IMG/VR virus record: IMGVR_UViG_3300044631_002517
Location: 1-36,583 of that record
Length of the DNA: 36,583 bases
Direction: 5' to 3' (one strand)
Source of the DNA: a virus
Lineage: Duplodnaviria; Caudoviricetes
Part shown: piece by piece, positions 34,597 through 36,583 of the stretch
How positions within the stretch are numbered: position 1 is the stretch's first letter
How the letters are laid out: each line of letters starts with the position of its first letter
Notes under the pieces: model-generated
Told to the model about the DNA's origin: nothing
What the model saw: the letters and a program-made list of their open reading frames with translations, nothing else
Database searches by the model: none
Made by a program: the position numbers and the translations under genes

Positions 34597-35250
34597 TTAC
34601 TCTTGAGTTTCTTTTAACAACTCTGGCCTGGTAATTGAAAACTTGTATTGCCGCTTGAGAAAGGTTCCAAGGGTTCCAGCTTCTTGCTGTTGTGCATAAA
34701 ACACAAGCTTATTGGCTTTAAACTCTGATTCAAAAGGTGCAATTACTTGAGGTGGTGTTGTGCGATTAAAGCTGGACACCATATGCAAGGGGTTAAAGCA
34801 TTGCTTGTTTCCACATGTTCGCGTGACGCTAAGGGTACCAACGTCACCCCAGGCGCATTGATAAATTGCTTTGTGCAGTGTCACATTTTCGGCAGCTTGC
34901 TTGCTATAAGCAGCTCGATAAGAGGGCATGCATACACGCCTAGGTTCTTTATTGGTTGATTTTTTGGGCAGCCAACAGTCCTTGGTATCACCTATCTCAA
35001 TTGAGTCCCAAATTGTGGCGTACTTGTGCTTGTAGCGAGCATCGAGGTAATTGAGGTCAAATCCACAGATGTTTGAAACAATTTTATGGACGCACTCATA
35101 GCACCAATGTTGGTCTTGTTTGCGAACAGTGTGCCCATGTGCGCAGGGATAACCAACGTAGTAGCCAGCTTGCTCCAGGTCATCCTCTGAAAGTTTGGTT
35201 AAGTCTCCTAAGTATTGAAAGGAGACAACTGCTTCAATTACCTTCGCCAT
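34597..35250 (-). CDS. Zinc-finger plus degenerate HNH-like protein
   Basis: YPCAHGH...WCYEC; DCWL...LHKAIY...TRTCGNKQCFNPLH; start MAKVIE overlaps the upstream stop. Confidence 0.6.
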   Translation of the reverse strand: MAKVIEAVVSFQYLGDLTKLSEDDLEQAGYYVGYPCAHGHTVRKQDQHWCYECVHKIVSNICGFDLNYLDARYKHKYATIWDSIEIGDTKDCWLPKKSTNKEPRRVCMPSYRAAYSKQAAENVTLHKAIYQCAWGDVGTLSVTRTCGNKQCFNPLHMVSSFNRTTPPQVIAPFESEFKANKLVFYAQQQEAGTLGTFLKRQYKFSITRPELLKETQE

Positions 35251-35632
35251 TTTCAGGATTGGTGTTGGGGTTGAAATCTGAACGCACAGTGCGTGGCTTG
35301 GCTGCTTTGGGCTTTTTCCTGGCAAAAAGATGAAGAAGTTTCCGGTTGTCTTTCTCCGGATTGTCATCACCATGAATGACATCCATGTTGCCGGGGTCCT
35401 TGCCCGTGCGTAGGTAGTACACGATGCGGTGGGCGTGGAACTGGTCGCCATTCATGCGAATGACGTAGTACTGACCAGTGCTGTTCCACTTGCCTGCCAT
35501 GTCACCAGCCTTGTGGCGGCCTGTTGTTTCCCTCCATTCCAAGGCACTGGGGTACTTGAGGGACAACTTGAGCTTGGCCCTGAGGTACCAGAGGGGTAGG
35601 AGAGGTTTGTACGCCCTTGGCATGGACTCCAT
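35234..35632 (-). CDS. HNH-like endonuclease (possibly degenerate)
   Basis: GDMAG...YYVIRM.G..FHAHRIVYYLRTG.DP...VIHGDDN...DNR; start at 35632 or 35623. Confidence 0.7.
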   Translation of the reverse strand: MESMPRAYKPLLPLWYLRAKLKLSLKYPSALEWRETTGRHKAGDMAGKWNSTGQYYVIRMNGDQFHAHRIVYYLRTGKDPGNMDVIHGDDNPEKDNRKLLHLFARKKPKAAKPRTVRSDFNPNTNPENGEGN

Positions 35633-35645
35633 AATCGGATAACCA

Positions 35646-35674
35646 ATCATACATGCCACTGATAGGGGCGTCAA
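35646..35674 (-). promoter_or_regulatory. Near-consensus sigma70 promoter
   Basis: Minus strand TTGACG-N17-TATGAT with TG immediately 5' of the -10; the ORF-track TTG start at 35674 is this -35 box. Confidence 0.75.
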
Positions 35675-35684
35675 GCAAGGGGTT

Positions 35685-35919
35685 GGTGGGTGGAAAAACC
35701 GACTATACCCCTATTTTATCTTTTATATAACCAGGATTACATTTTGGTCCATTTTGTAATGGTGCTCTGCCTGAGTGCCTTGTATAATCGGAATCTCATC
35801 CCTGTCTCAGATCTGTCTCACCAAACAGGTACAATCGGAAAACATTACACTTTTGCCCAAAATGTAATGCTGGCCATATAAGGGTTAGAACGGGGGTATA
35901 GTCGGAAAAACCACCCACC
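35685..35919. repeat. Long imperfect inverted repeat (77-bp arms at 35685-35761 and 35843-35919)
   Basis: Ungapped alignment of the left arm with the reverse complement of the right arm gives 58/77 identities by hand count. Confidence 0.9.
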
Positions 35920-36021
35920 CTTCGCCCACCAAACGCCTCTTATTCGTACTCATTCCGCATAAGACGCTGCACCCCTGGTACAAACCAACTACCTTTCTTC
36001 TGTTTGGCAGTCTCACGACCC

Positions 36022-36050
36022 AATAAAAAGCCCCCGCTGGTGCAGGGGCT
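36022..36050 (-). terminator. Rho-independent terminator after the glycosyltransferase
   Basis: Minus strand AGCCCCTGC-ACCA-GCGGGGGCT then TTTTATT. Confidence 0.8.
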
Positions 36051-36070
36051 CTTGTCTCACCAATATCAAT

Positions 36071-36583
36071 TCACGTGCCCAGGCGTTTCTTCTTGCGTTT
36101 GCTACGGGGCGTGATTTTTGCCGGAGGCTGTGCTTCCGCCACATCATGGGCAGCGCCATAGGAGCCGTCTAGCACCTCCTGGAACAGCCCCGCAAACTGA
36201 GGTGCGATGTTGTCCCAGTCGTAGTAGGGAGAGGTGGCACGCTCGTAGCAGAGGCGTGCAGTCTCATCAAGCTTCTCACGGTTCTCATAGAGATCCGTCA
36301 AGATTTCGGCAAGGTGATCAGAGGAGGGGCAGGGCATTTCCCGTGCGTAGTTCGTATCCACATCAACGTGGTCACAACGGATCAGGCGGCCAGCACCCTC
36401 GAAGATCTCTTTAGTACTGGTATGGTCAGGCACCACCTGAGCAACACGGCAGCCCGCATGCTCATGGTTGACCAACCCGTGGCCCTCACCCTTGCAAGTG
36501 TTGACGCCTACATCGGCTGCGTTGTAGATCGCATTCAGGAAATCCACCTCTACATTCGGCGGTCCTTCAGATTGCGCTGTAAG
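36071..36583 (-). CDS. GT4/GT-B glycosyltransferase, C-terminal part (runs off the window)
   Basis: LNAIYNAADVGVNTCKGEGHGLVNHEHAGC (EG.GL...E motif), YDWDNIA; frame open to 36583. Confidence 0.8.
   Translation of the reverse strand, partial: LTAQSEGPPNVEVDFLNAIYNAADVGVNTCKGEGHGLVNHEHAGCRVAQVVPDHTSTKEIFEGAGRLIRCDHVDVDTNYAREMPCPSSDHLAEILTDLYENREKLDETARLCYERATSPYYDWDNIAPQFAGLFQEVLDGSYGAAHDVAEAQPPAKITPRSKRKKKRLGT

Larger units (their letters stand above)
1..36583. mobile_element. Tailed dsDNA phage genome segment, probable cyanophage (free phage or prophage cannot be told apart here)
   Basis: Terminase-portal-capsid order, tail fibres with an S74 chaperone, endolysin, several HNH genes, and dense coding with no host housekeeping operons. 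NblA-like and CP12-like genes point to a cyanobacterial host. Confidence 0.93.

Noticed and set aside
35251-35451. N-terminal extensions in the ORF track (34597-35451, 24348-24932, 33683-33895, 35234-35674, 22358-22765)
   Set aside because: Each has a better downstream ATG coupled to the upstream stop or placed after a promoter; the TTG at 35674 is a -35 box.
35685-36070. CRISPR mini-array or tRNA in the largest non-coding region
   Set aside because: There are no regularly spaced direct repeats of 23-47 nt and no cloverleaf or T-loop. The repeats are inverted or only 5-8 nt long.

Overview
The whole window looks like a contiguous piece of a tailed dsDNA phage genome, most likely a cyanophage of picocyanobacteria, because it encodes an NblA-like and a CP12-like protein. 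From left to right: terminase large subunit, probable portal, probable scaffold, major capsid protein, head/neck and internal virion proteins, a mostly minus-strand block (DUF3310, dCTP deaminase, degenerate Dam-type methyltransferase, HTH proteins), three tail fibres, an endolysin, a further minus-strand block, a non-coding region with a long inverted repeat, and the 3' end of a glycosyltransferase. It holds four predicted peptidoglycan hydrolases and five HNH-family genes. I saw no tail sheath, obvious tape measure, integrase, tRNA or CRISPR array. The most unusual signals are: (1) a 548-nt same-strand overlap of portal and scaffold with visible stop avoidance; (2) a circularly permuted M23 peptidase; (3) a 77-bp-arm inverted repeat with twin ATTACA-N13-TGTAAT boxes and phased TCTCA repeats (candidate origin); (4) a C-terminal-only CP12 and an NblA with an acidic tail; (5) an unannotated 38-aa signal-peptide-like ORF behind a structured leader; (6) a -10 box before most genes, with two apparently leaderless mRNAs. 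All family calls come from motif recognition by eye; no searches were run.
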